Assembly: GCA_012295275.1 (NCBI GenBank)
Contig: CM022670.1
Coordinates: forward strand, 37,138,001 to 37,202,000
Length of the DNA stretch: 64,000 nucleotides
Source: Chrysomallon squamiferum
Lineage: Eukaryota > Animalia > Mollusca
Direction of reading: 5' to 3'
This document shows, piece by piece, positions 13,750 through 25,837 of this stretch (its first letter is position 1; each line of letters opens with the position of its first letter). The notes under the pieces are model-generated. The model was not told where the DNA came from. It saw only the letters and a list, made by a program, of their open reading frames with translations, and ran no database searches. Both the position numbers and the translations under genes were made by a program.

Positions 13750-15159
13750 GTGAACGGATGACATTTTTTTTTGCAAAACACACATGCATATACAAATACT
13801 CATGCAAAGACTCATTTAAATGATAGTTTGAAGAAACGTGGGTGTTGGAGAAAATAAAAAATTCAAATAACATACGTTAGAGAGGATAGATCATCAAGTG
13901 AGTTCATTCGTACTGATTAAACTATGTTGTATGTGTAATATACTTCTCTTCGTATGTTGTCATTAAGAACTAATGTAATATACTTCGTTAGAGAGAATAA
14001 GGCACAGCTCAAAGCTCAGAGAAACAGAGAATCTACAGACAAGTTTAGGTCGTGTGACTAAGATAAGTTTATTCCGGACTTTAAATCACGTACAAGCTAC
14101 AAATTATGCCTTTCTCTCATAGCCTCCCAAAATTTCATACAAATATATAGCAGCTACTTAATTTTGAGTAACAAAATGTTTGGTGTTTTCAGCAAATGCT
14201 GTCTGTGCCGATGTCTCAAAAGTTCGATGTTTCTTTTACATTGTTTTATTTAATAATTTTTTAGTATAATATTCCAGTTTTAAATAATATTTTTTGTTTC
14301 TCAAACCAGTCTAATATTATAATACAATGACTCGCCATGATTACATTGAAATGTGGGACTAAAAATATATTTCCGCAATGTCTCTGTGTTAACTCCTTAT
14401 TGCGGTATTATATATTTATTTATTTTTCTATTTTACCTTACTACAATGTACAAGATGGCCGATTGGTTCTTGGCACGAATAATGTGTCCTTTCAACCACT
14501 TTTAGACCTATCACCTCTATTTATCAGCAATCAAAGAGAATATAAAACTTGAATATTACATGTAGAACATATGAACCTATTTTTGGCACTTGTCGGTCAT
14601 TCATACGACTGTACTTTTAGTAAACTTCTGATGAGTTGGAGTTACAAGTCTATCCAAATGTCTGAGCCGTTCTCTGCCAGAAGACACTCGGGTGACGTCT
14701 CCGAGTTATATGCGTTTAGTCACTTCTTTGACATCGACGCGATCTGCATTTTTAATGTACATTTAACTATGTTCATTAGTTATTAAAAGTTCACGTGTTT
14801 GTCAAATTGAGGATAAATACAGGTCTATTCTTATCGTTCTATTGTCAAATTCCCAGCTACTATCACCTAACATGTCTGGTGACTTTTGAGATTAACATTT
14901 AGTGGATCAAGATTTCTTTATCGCAACAAGAAAATATGTACACATACATTCCCGAATGGGTACTTTCCTACTTGTGCATCTACTTAGCATAATGTTGTGA
15001 TTTGTTTACAATGTACCCCAAAAACATGTTCGGGTCATTAACATTGTGTTGCCTTTCAACATAACGTTAGCATCAGCCTTAGATGTTCTCGAAGGTACAG
15101 AAATAATAATAATACAACCACAGTGAATGAATAAATTGACTTGCAAAGATAAAATATAG

Positions 15160-15331
15160 GCTTACGTGACGAAGGAGCAGCCAATCGTACTCAGGTTAGA
15201 GGAAAGTGATATTTATTTACCTAATATTCCCAGAAAAAACGTCACATGGCTGCAATGATAAGATTAGATCAGTATAAATTATGGTTTCTCAGGACGGTAG
15301 ATAAAGACATTTGAAAAAGACAGGAAAAGGT
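15160..15331 (+). promoter_or_regulatory. Putative core promoter and non-coding exon 1 of IRG copy 2
   Basis: TTACGTGACG (~15162), AGCCAATC CCAAT box (15179), GAS-like TTCCCAGAA (15227-15235), TATAAA (15273) and donor AAG|GTTAGT (15330). Equivalent donors occur at 9016, 24997, 33640 and 44266; each copy has an acceptor ~19 nt before its ATG. Confidence 0.55.
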
Positions 15332-16027
15332 TAGTCATTTATTTTAAATTACGAATTGTATATATATTAAAGGATATGTAATTTCCAATATACATGTGTG
15401 AATTTGAATGAACATTATTCGGACATCATGACATCATTAAAAAACCCTTGAATTTCATACTTGCGTCTTTTATAATGGATATAAAACTAGAAGACTCCAT
15501 GTTCCTTCTGAACACTTTGCGTCATTAGTTTGAATATATTAAATTTACTTGACTTTAATATTCTTCTAAGTTCAAAAGAAAGTTAAATGGAAGTATTTGA
15601 AATATGTACGTACGATTGTGTTACATCAGAAAGGAGATACACCTGTATGCATATAACAACTACATTTAGCTAATGGTTGTTTCGAGAGAGCCAAGTCATG
15701 CACATTTTTTTTATATCATAAATATTTAATATACTGAAGTAGAATTGAAAAAGAAAGAGAGAAAAGAAAACAAAAAGGAAAAAATAATTATAATGATGAT
15801 AATAATAACACAGATATATAAAACATGCTTATTCACATATATATATATATATAATATACTTATTGTGTATACATAGGTAGATACAGACACACACACACAC
15901 AAAACACACTGAATAAGCGGTATAACTTGAATTCCTTTTCTTTTCATGATTATGTATTTATTAAAATTGTTTTTTTTTTTTTTTTTTTTTAATTGGTTTT
16001 TTTTGTAGACTGCGTATATTAAAAATA

Positions 16028-17278
16028 ATGTCAGACCAAGACTTCACTATTTTCTCCAATGAACAATTACAGGAGGCCAAACAACAAACCCAGGAACACG
16101 GAGTTTCAGGTTTAGTTGATTATCTAAAACAAAAATCCGATGAGTGGAAATATGTCAGCGTTAATATTGGTATAGTAGGAGAATCGGCTGTGGGAAAATC
16201 CTCATTCATTAACTGTATTCGGGGATTAACAGCAGATGATCCAGGTGGCGCTCCTGTTGGAACTGGTGATACAACAAGTGAACCGACGAAGTACTGTCAT
16301 CCTTACAATGAAGAGCTTGTTTTCTGGGACTTACCGGGAGTAGGAACACCAAAATACCCGAGAAATGAAGAGTATCTAAAGAACATTAACTTTGAAAAAT
16401 ATGATTTTTTCCTTCTCCTGTCTGACAACAGGTTTTCATCCAACGATGTTTGGTTAGCAAGAGAAATTGAAAAGAGAGGAAAATATTTCTTCTTTGTCCG
16501 CACAAAAATTGACGAAGCAATGGAAAATGAACGGGAATTATGTGGAAGCACTTTTTCAGCTGCTGTCGTTGTGGATAAAATAAATAAAAATTGTGAAGAA
16601 AACTTCAAAGCAGCTCAGCTGACTAATCGACGGGTGTTTTGCATTTCCAACTATCACAGAGAGATGTGGCAGTTTGAAGAACTTATGCAAGAACTTATTG
16701 TCGCATTGCCTGACATGAAGAGAAATGCTCTGGTGCTGTCCATTGGTCCTGTGTCAAAACAAGTATTAAAGGAAAAAACCAAATTACTTAAAACACAGAT
16801 TTCCTGGAAGGCCGCCCTTTCTGCTATTGGAGCAGCTGCAGGTTCTCTGGTCCCAATACCTTTAGTGGGTGGAGCTGTTGGTGTAGCAGTGGATATTGGT
16901 ATACTGGTGGGCGAGATAAATTTTTATCTCAAACAGTATGGGCTTGACGACGAGTCACTAAAACGACTATCGGAACGTACCAACACGACCGTGGACTACT
17001 ACGTAAAATCACTTAAATTTGCTTCTGGGATCATTATGAGTAGACAGAGTATTAAAACTTTTGTTATAGACATGATTAAAAAGGAAGCTGTGAAACAAAC
17101 AGAGAAAAGAACTGCTTCTGAATTTCTTAAATTGATTCCTTTGGTGGGGAGCATTGCGGCAGGCGCAATATCGTTTGGAACTTGCTACTACTTTCTAGAC
17201 AAAACAATCGACGAGTTTGAGACTGACGCGCTGGCTGTTGTTGATGCCGCCATCCGAAAAACACAATCTGAAATCTGA
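16028..17278 (+). CDS. Immunity-related GTPase (IRG/IIGP family, GKS type), copy 2, 416 aa, single coding exon
   Basis: G1 GESAVGKSSFIN, G2 region GTGDTT, G3 WDLPGVGTP, YDFFLLLS, G4 FFVRTKID, ISN, LPDMKR and the C-terminal LIPLVGSIAAGAISFGTCYYFL segment typical of IRGs. Confidence 0.92.
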   Translation: MSDQDFTIFSNEQLQEAKQQTQEHGVSGLVDYLKQKSDEWKYVSVNIGIVGESAVGKSSFINCIRGLTADDPGGAPVGTGDTTSEPTKYCHPYNEELVFWDLPGVGTPKYPRNEEYLKNINFEKYDFFLLLSDNRFSSNDVWLAREIEKRGKYFFFVRTKIDEAMENERELCGSTFSAAVVVDKINKNCEENFKAAQLTNRRVFCISNYHREMWQFEELMQELIVALPDMKRNALVLSIGPVSKQVLKEKTKLLKTQISWKAALSAIGAAAGSLVPIPLVGGAVGVAVDIGILVGEINFYLKQYGLDDESLKRLSERTNTTVDYYVKSLKFASGIIMSRQSIKTFVIDMIKKEAVKQTEKRTASEFLKLIPLVGSIAAGAISFGTCYYFLDKTIDEFETDALAVVDAAIRKTQSEI

Positions 17279-17960
17279 TTCCAGAAAGAGTTCTTCACAA
17301 AAACAGTCCGCTCAAGCATGTTTTAATAATAATGGGAAAAAAATAATCAAATACTAATAATATAAAACAATTAACAATATACAAATTAATCATGCTAATC
17401 TTATCTTATGAGATGTGTTGATTATATGTGATATTTTAAGTAAAAATTAGTAATACTCTAATAATAAAAAATATATTTGTGCTTTTATTGCATTGTCAGA
17501 CACACCCACAGACACAAACACACACACACACACACGCACACACACACACACACACACGTATATATATTTTTTCTATTACTTTATCTATATACTGAATTTG
17601 TTTATGTTATTCTTTTCAGGACATATGCACTTAGCTGTTTCTTAATAAAACATTTATTTCTCGAATAATCACGATATTTTTATCTTTTATAAAACACTAT
17701 TTTCAACAACAAGAAATAATCTGTTATGAATAGTACTATACAAAACGTGGAATTATTTTTCATTTTTTAAAGAGCCTGGCATAGTCAGAGTGTATGGTTC
17801 CTTGAAGCAGCCCTGGAGTTTGCGACCCGCGACCCGCCACACAAAACTACAACATATTCCACTGACTCCCTCTTACAATTTATAAAACTGGCACACATAT
17901 ATAATATGCAATAACAAACATACGTGTATATATTAACTAATTTAAGAAAGAAAGAAAATG

Positions 17961-18031
<71 letters not shown>

Positions 18032-18066
18032 CAGACGAAGAAGAAGAAGAAGAAGAAGAAGAAGAA
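17961..18066. repeat. Compound (AAT)n(AAG)n microsatellite
   Basis: Direct read. Confidence 0.95.
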
Positions 18067-18509
18067 TTTAAATAAATAAATAAAGTAACTAATCAGTAAG
18101 AAATAATAATAATAAAATTACACTTATTACATATCCTTGATGTTATATCTGTACCATTTGGAAGGATATGTGCCTATTAAATGCACTGAAAATGTACAAC
18201 TGTTCAGAAGCCTTACATGACTGTTTCATAACACATATGGATTATATATCAGTAGAAAAAAGCCCAAACTTTCCTCATACTGGTACTGCAATAACAAAAT
18301 AAAAAACATTCATACAAAATTTTATTTAAAATTTGTTTATTTATTTCTTTATTTACTGATCTAATTTTCATAGTAAAAAATATCTCCTGGATAAAACATA
18401 ATTTTTATACATAATAAATAAATAAATAAATGTAAAATATTACATACTGTACATAAAATTTCGGTATGTAAATCAGGAGAGAAACATAATTCGGTGTGTT
18501 AAGAATATT

Positions 18510-20359
18510 TTAATGTAGTCGCTTTTTATTTTCCGGACCTGAATAAATAATGCTTATATATAAACATATTTCACAATTTTTTCACAGAAAAGTACATTTT
18601 GTTGGATCATTATTCACAGCTGTGCTTTTAAATAAAATTTAGAAAAAATATATTAGACACTGCTTTAAAACAACTATAACAAAACGTTCACACACAAAAC
18701 TTTATTCACTTGGTAGCAATGTTTTAAGCCGCTGAATAATGAATTAAAAGACTAAATATAAAAAATATAATAAATCCCCCAGAAAACAACTCACACCTAC
18801 ATTATATTCACTTAATATTTTCAAGTTTATCAAAGCTGATTAAAACTAATAAATGTGTCAAAATAGTTAATTGGTTCTGTTTTAATTCCACAAAATCAGT
18901 AATTGACTTTAACAGCATCAACATTTTGACAATGAAATAAAATAAATGAATGTTTATGATTTATTTTAACTACTTCTAATTATATATAAATACATTGTTT
19001 AAAAAATTTTCATTCATATCAAAATAATTTTGTTTATTTTATTTATTATGTGGAAAAGAGTAAAATAAAGAAGAATTAACAGTGAAAAAAATTAGACACA
19101 CACACAAAAAAGAGAAAATGGTTGTTTTCTTTCCAACTGTTCAGCTTTCGCAATGACTTTTTAATGAAATTCCAGGTTTTTTTTCTACACAGTTCATTAT
19201 CACAGTGCATTTATTGAATATAAACTATTACATTAAAGATTGCTGTCATGATTGTCTCAAATTATTGATTTCAGCTTCTCTTCATTGCAAATAAAAAAGG
19301 AGAACTGCCATATTGTGCTAATTGTTTTTGACAGTAAGATGTTGCTATTTTCCCCTTAACTGTATGCAGAACTAATATTTAATTGATCTTCTCTTCACAG
19401 TATACTGCACGAGTCTCTACGTTATTGTCCTTCAGAAAAATACTCGCCTTGTCTCTGAACGTCTCTGTGTGAAGATAGTGAAAAACGAGCACCTTCTTTG
19501 ATAAGTGTCTGCAGATTTTGAAAGTCATACAAATCTGGTTTTAATGAATCAACAAAGTAAACTGGTGCATCAGGAAAACTATCTTTAATCTGTTTTGTAA
19601 TTTTTCCTTTACGCTTTCTTCACTGAATGTCCTTGGATGAGCCCTTCTCTCGTTCCTCAGTTCATTAAAAAACTTAGTCCTTACATAGAAATATTTCTTT
19701 CCCTGATTAGCTATTTTTGTGCGAAGCCGAAGCTCAAACTCATCTATCTTGCTGCAGGAAAGTAGAAGATAGAAATCATAATTCTTAAAATTAATTTTCT
19801 TTATGTAATCTTCGTCATCTCTAAACATCTGAGTGGCAAATCCAGGAACATCCCACAAAACGACGTCATTGCCAGGTACATTGTAGGGCTCTGGATCTTT
19901 AGTGCACTCAATAACATCAGTTTCGGCAGCATATTCATCTTTGTGTGGAAATCCATAGAAAGCATTTATAAAAGTTGATTTTCCAGAGCCACTTTTTCCT
20001 ATGACTCCAACATTATAGAGTCTGAAAGAAAGCAAGAATTGAATAATCTGTTACAATAATTTTAACATAGAACAATAAAAGATGGAGATGAAGAATATGA
20101 ATGAATGAATGAATTAAATAAACACAAAAAGAAACGAATTATATTTTTTATATTATATACTTTTCGTTTTCAGAATTAATCGTCATAACGTTTTTACCCA
20201 GTTTCATCAATTTCTAATAATATTATATCTATATTTCATAATAATGTGAAATACAGATGAATTATTATTGTATATATATCCGAAAATTAAATGAGAAAAA
20301 CACTAAGAATATAAAAAAAAAAAAATAGACAAAAATTAAATGGTAAACATATCTTAATG

Positions 20360-20421
<62 letters not shown>

Positions 20422-20826
20422 TTTTCACAATGGACTTTTGGGGAGGAAATAATGGAATTGTTTATAGAAAGTGTTTCTTCACAAATAACTTTTCTTGGAA
20501 ACACTTCCACAATTCCACCATTAACTGAATCAGTTAAAATTCATTTGAAACTTCATTTAATAATAAGTGAATAAAATATTAAATGGAGTTTCAGTTGAAC
20601 TATAAATAACTTTTGTAAGTGTAAGTGTTATTCCTTTTTACTTCCTCCTATACTACTGACAGTTTCGAAAAAGGAATATTAGGATATACACTGGCATAGG
20701 CAGAAACAATGGCATAATTATAGCTCCAAGTTATTTTCTTTACAAACAAAAACTCGTAATATAATACCAAAACTGTCTTCTAGTTTACCTTTCCTTTTCG
20801 AATGTTCGTCTTGCAGCTTCAGCCAT
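18510..20826 (-). pseudogene. Mini-IRG copy A, frameshifted. Exons 20826-20789, 20021-19493, 18538-18510
   Basis: Same exon set as intact copies B and D, but exon 2 is 529 nt instead of 530 (TTTTT vs TTTTGT at ~19601-19605). Motifs GKSGSGKS, WDVPG, RTKFF. Confidence 0.8.
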
Positions 20827-21052
20827 GATTGTTTTTATTTTTCAAGGGAAGTAACTTCGACACTGGCGAATGGACGAAGCCAGTATATTTATTTTTACGA
20901 ATCAGGAAGATTAAACCTAATTATATGAAGTAGGTAAATATCTGCGAATGTACCGAACGGATAATATTATAAAATCCTTTCTAAATCCTGAAAATCTCAT
21001 TACTAATCATCTTCGTTGCCGTTAGAAATTCGATTACAAATTTAGTGATTCT

Positions 21053-21062
21053 GGAAATCCCC
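21053..21062 (-). promoter_or_regulatory. NF-kB-like site (GGGGATTTCC) upstream of mini-IRG A, followed by TGACGTA
   Basis: Exact match to the kB consensus, positionally conserved with 12693 and 31311. Confidence 0.55.
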
Positions 21063-21238
21063 GTTATCATTGGGACTATGTGACGTATGTCACGTAGATC
21101 TCGTATCAGTGTTTATAGCAATTTTTCAGAAAGAAATCTGACATTATATCATGTGAAAATACCTTATGAGCGGAACGAAGTATAGATTGAATGTGACAAA
21201 ATTTTACAAAATATAATTTTCCTGTAACATATATCATC

Positions 21239-21276
<38 letters not shown>

Positions 21277-22129
21277 GGATTAAATGAAACTATAGCGTCG
21301 AAATGAAACCGGTTAGGAATTTTTATCTGAATAAAATTTGCTGGTATTTTTCCTTCAGAATCTGTGGAGAAACTGGTTTGTTCCGGTCATTTGACAACAA
21401 AAACATTAAATGTCTCATATAGTTTGAACCATGTATTACATATCAAAATGAAGCTTGATACAGTATTTTTAAGCGTTTAGCTAATATTCACTTTATTTTG
21501 TTATTATTATAATTATTGTTATTGTTATTATTATTAATTTAATCAGTTAAATAATAACATCAAATAGCGTTAATTTTCCTTATTAGTTTTCATTATAAAA
21601 AATTCATTAAAAATCTAACTTCCTAAAATCTAATTTTTATCAGAAAGAAAATATTATTTAAAACGTGAATGTTATACCACCTAACTGCTAAATCAAAGAA
21701 AATAAACGAAAGCTAGAACTTTTCAGACATCCGCAGCAATGATATTCGCTATAGTCGCGTCATTTGCTGAGAACACAATACATTTTGTTACCGAATATTT
21801 AAATACCTGCTACCTTAAATATTTGTATGAAATTTGATAGGCTATGAAAGAAAAGCATAATTTGTAGCTGGTATGTAAAGTCCAGAATAGTTTTTTTTTT
21901 AGTCTAACGATGATCATTTTGAAACAGTAAACTTGTAAGTTGATTCTCCCGTGTTTTCATATCAAATGAATTTCAGAGCAGTCTATCCATAGTTCTTTAG
22001 TAAAGCTTTCTATATGAACAGTTCCTTCACAAGTACAGGTTCAACTATAAGTATGTATAATAAGACACTTCTTACAAGAGTTAATTGACATTTTACAGTT
22101 TTAACACTTTCATGATGAAACTTCAAACT

Positions 22130-23120
22130 TGAAAACAATTAACGTGCTAATCAGAGCAAGCTGATGTGAAGGACGTCTACGACAGGCACGCTTTCTGACA
22201 GGTGAGCTGACGTGTCTGTCGGAACAAGAAACAAGGTTTCGGCGAGGCCCTTTGATGTTGTTTTCTGTTCCACTCAAATAGTACACGACGTGCCGGTTTT
22301 TTACGCTGTTTGACCAACCTCAACAAATGTTTATTTCCAGTACATTAGTGCTTGTCCACAATTTAAAATGTCTATAAACTTCCAGACGTTCAGATGGTAA
22401 GAGCCAAGGTTTGACTGGAAGCGACGATGCCACCCTTCCACGAAGTTGTTAGTCCTCGACAAATTCTTTTCCGACCGCTGGTGATTATTCCATATGCCAA
22501 CATTCTAACGTGGATCACGTCTTCGACGAGCTCTGCCATACTACCAGAACTTGGCGCCAGATGAAAGAAGCTTCCAGTCTCAGTACAGTTTAGCTTTACA
22601 GACGTGTTGTCTTGTTCCTTCAAACTGGTAAGAAATCACTCCATCACTAAGTACCTTCTGTCGGACATACACATAATTTTCGAAGGCAAGTTTTGGATGA
22701 CAACACTTTGACTCAGTGAACTCCATCTTGTAGAATGTAATATTTTTGCTACAAGGCATGACCGTATATACTATTTCGTTCGTCTCACTGATAGATAAGA
22801 TGCCAAATCAAAGGAATCTTGAACATTTAATTAGCCAAAATAAGTAATTGTCAGGTTATATTTTATCAGATGTTATTGCAGATCAAAGTAAACCAAATGA
22901 CTTTATTCAAGTTTAATTAGTAATTAGCTGACTCTGGTTAGCTTTGATGTTAGGTTATATTTTACAAGATGTTTTTAGCAGATCAAAGTAATCCAAATGT
23001 CTTTAATGAAGTTTAATTAGCAATTAGCTCACTCTAGTTAGCTTTGACTAATTTACTGAAATTAGTAATCCAAATTCCTTTAATCAAGTTTAATGTAACA
23101 CACTTTGACTAATTTATTGG
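22130..23120 (-). mobile_element. Internally deleted FLYWCH-MULE (Mutator-like) transposon remnant
   Basis: Minus strand from ATG 22726 reads MEFTESKCCHPKLAFENYVYVRQKVLSDGVISYQFEGTRQHVCKAKLY (FLYWCH-like). At ~22510-22330 it reads IWNNHQRSEKNLSRTNNFVEGWHRRFQSNLGSYHLNVWKFIDIL, the RTNNxxEGWH...HxNxWKF motif of MULE transposases. In-frame stops present; ~120-bp tandem repeats at 22850-23110. Boundaries approximate. Confidence 0.8.
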
Positions 23121-25837
23121 AATGTTGCTTAAACATCATTCTGAATGGTATATTTGAAGACAAATGCTGATCAGTTATCCGGGAGACAATTGAGTTGATA
23201 CTCTTCTCTTCGTATGTTTTCGTTAAGAACTAGTGTAAAATACTTCGTTACAGAAAATAAGTTAATCGGTAAGGTCGGGTTAGGCCAAGTCATCAAAGGC
23301 AAAATAAGTTTTGTTTTTAAAATTTCAGTTATATATTTATATATATGTAAAGCGTAAGGTGTCTCGTCCCAAATTGGTAATGAAAGGTTGCAAAGAAGAT
23401 AAACAAATTTATAATAAAAAACATCTTAATATAATATCGTAGAAGGACTATTCGGAAGTACAAGAATAAATTATGATCTCATTTTAATACAAAAACCAAT
23501 AATTTTAACGGTTTGGGGTACGTTTGTTAATCTCTCCTTCGTATTTAAGTATAAGAGAATGCATTCCAATACAATGCTTTATTATTAGAGAGGTTTTACA
23601 TAGAGGGAGTCCATTTGCGTATCGGATCACCTACGGGACCTGCGGTGCAGGTCATGTACGAACTCGTCTTCAGTTTAGCTTGCCACGTTCAGCACGAAGC
23701 TCATAACGAAAGAGAATCAACAGACAAGTTTACCCTGTCAAAATCTAGGTCCTGTTACTAAATAAAGTTTATTCCGGACTTTAAATCATGTACAAGCTAC
23801 AAATTATGTATTTCTCTCATAGCCTCCGAAATTGAATACAAATATTTAGCAGGTACTTAATTTTGAGTAACAAAGTGTTTGGTGTTATCAGCAAATGCTA
23901 TAGCGATTATCATTGCTGCCGATGTTGATTTTATTTCGTTTCATTTATTAATTATTTAGTAATATGTTTTGTTTCTCAAACCTGTCTAATATTGTAATAC
24001 AATGTCTAGCCATGATTACCTTTAAATATAAATATATTTCCGGAATGTTTCTATGTTAACTCCTTATTGCGGTGTTATATATTTATTTATTTATGTATTT
24101 TACTTTACTACAGTATACAAGATGGCCGATCGGTTGTCGGCAAAAATAATGTTCGTTTCAAATATTTTTAGACTTGTCACCTCTATTTATCAGCAATCAA
24201 AGAGAATAAAACAATTTAATATTATGTGTTGAATATTTTGAACAAATTGTCAGCACTTGTCGGTCATTAGTGGGACCGCTTTCCTACCACTGAACTTTTA
24301 GTAAACTTGTGATGAGTTAGAGTTACATGTCTATCCAAATGTCTGAGCCGTTCTCTGACAGAAGACTCTCGGGCGACGTCTCCGAGTGATATGCGTTTAG
24401 TCACTTCGTTGACATTGACCCGATCTGCATTTTTAATGTACATTTAACTACATTAACTCGTTATTGAATGTTAACGTGCTTGTCAAATCGAGAATAAATA
24501 CATGTCTGTTCTTATCGTTCTATTGTGAAATTCCCAGCTAGAGTGACCTAACGTGTGTGTTGACTTTTGAGATTAATATGTAGTGGATGAAGATTTCTTT
24601 ATCGCAACAAGAATATATGTAAACGTCCATTCGCGAATGGGTACTTTCCTACTTGTGCATCTACTTAGCATAACTAATATACCCAAAACACATGTTCGGG
24701 TGATTAACATTGTGTTGCCTTATAACATAACCATAGCGCCAGCCTTAGATGTTCTCGAAGATACAGAAATAATAAAAATTCAGCCACAGTGCATGAATAA
24801 ATTGACCTGCAAAGATAAAATATAGGCTTACGTGACGAAGGTGTAGCCAATCGTACTCAGGTTACTCGAAAGCGATATTTATTTACCTTACACTCCCGGG
24901 GAAAACGTCACGTGGCTGCGATGATAACATTAGATCAATATAAATTATGGTTTCTCAGGACGGTAGATAAAGACATTTGAAAAAGAAAGGTAAAAGGTTA
25001 GTCATTTATTTTACATTACGAATTCTATGTATATTAAAGGATATGTAATTTCCAATATACATGTGTGAATTTCAATGAAGGTTATTCGGACATCATGACA
25101 TCATTAAAAAGCTCTTGAATTTCATACTTGCGTCTTTTATAATGGATATAAAACTAGAAGACTCCATGTTCTCTCGGAACACTTTGCGTCATTAGTTTGA
25201 ATTTATTAAATTTGCTTGAGTTTAATATTCTTCGAAGTTCAAAAGAAAGTTAAATGGAAGTATTTGAAATACGTACGTACGATTGGGTCACATAAGACAC
25301 GATATATACCTCTGTGCATATAACAACTATATTTAGCTAATAAAATTTTACCCGCAGAAGATTTAAAGTATAAATGAGTTAAAAGCCGTTCAAGTTATTC
25401 ATGACCTATAAAATTGTTAGTATAATATTTCGCTGGCAACATTTTCCGGAAATTATATTTATCCACTTCTGTTTATGATTGATTGTCTGGTTGTTACGAG
25501 AAAGCTAAGTCAGGCACATTTTTTTTTTATAGACATAAGTATTTAATATACTGAAGTAGAATTGAAAAAGAAAGAGAGAAAAGAAAACAAAAAGGAAAAA
25601 ATAATTATGATGATGATGATGATAACACACACATATATATATAACATGCTTATTCAGTTTGTATGAGTTTGTGTACACATAGGTATATATATCCACACAC
25701 ACACACACACACACACACTGATAAAGCGGTATAACTTGTAATACTTTTTCTTTTCATGATTATGTATTTATTAAAATTGTTGTTGTTTTTTGGTTTTTTT
25801 ATTTGTGTTTTTTTGTAGACGGCGTATATTAAAAATA

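Noticed and set aside
16303-16608. Recurrent 101-aa minus-strand ORF (also 26113, 34788, 45175)
   Set aside because: Antisense shadow of the duplicated IRG coding sequence; it recurs only because the gene is duplicated.
17770-17870. GC-rich patch (also ~36260-36360; another at ~23600-23700) as possible tRNA or SINE
   Set aside because: No cloverleaf or convincing A/B boxes could be identified by eye.
22390-22623. 77-aa ORF listed in the track
   Set aside because: Wrong frame; the recognisable MULE and FLYWCH motifs lie in other, interrupted frames.
22850-23110. CRISPR-like or regularly spaced repeats
   Set aside because: Imperfect ~120-bp tandem duplications without unique spacers, in a eukaryotic TE context; no cas genes.
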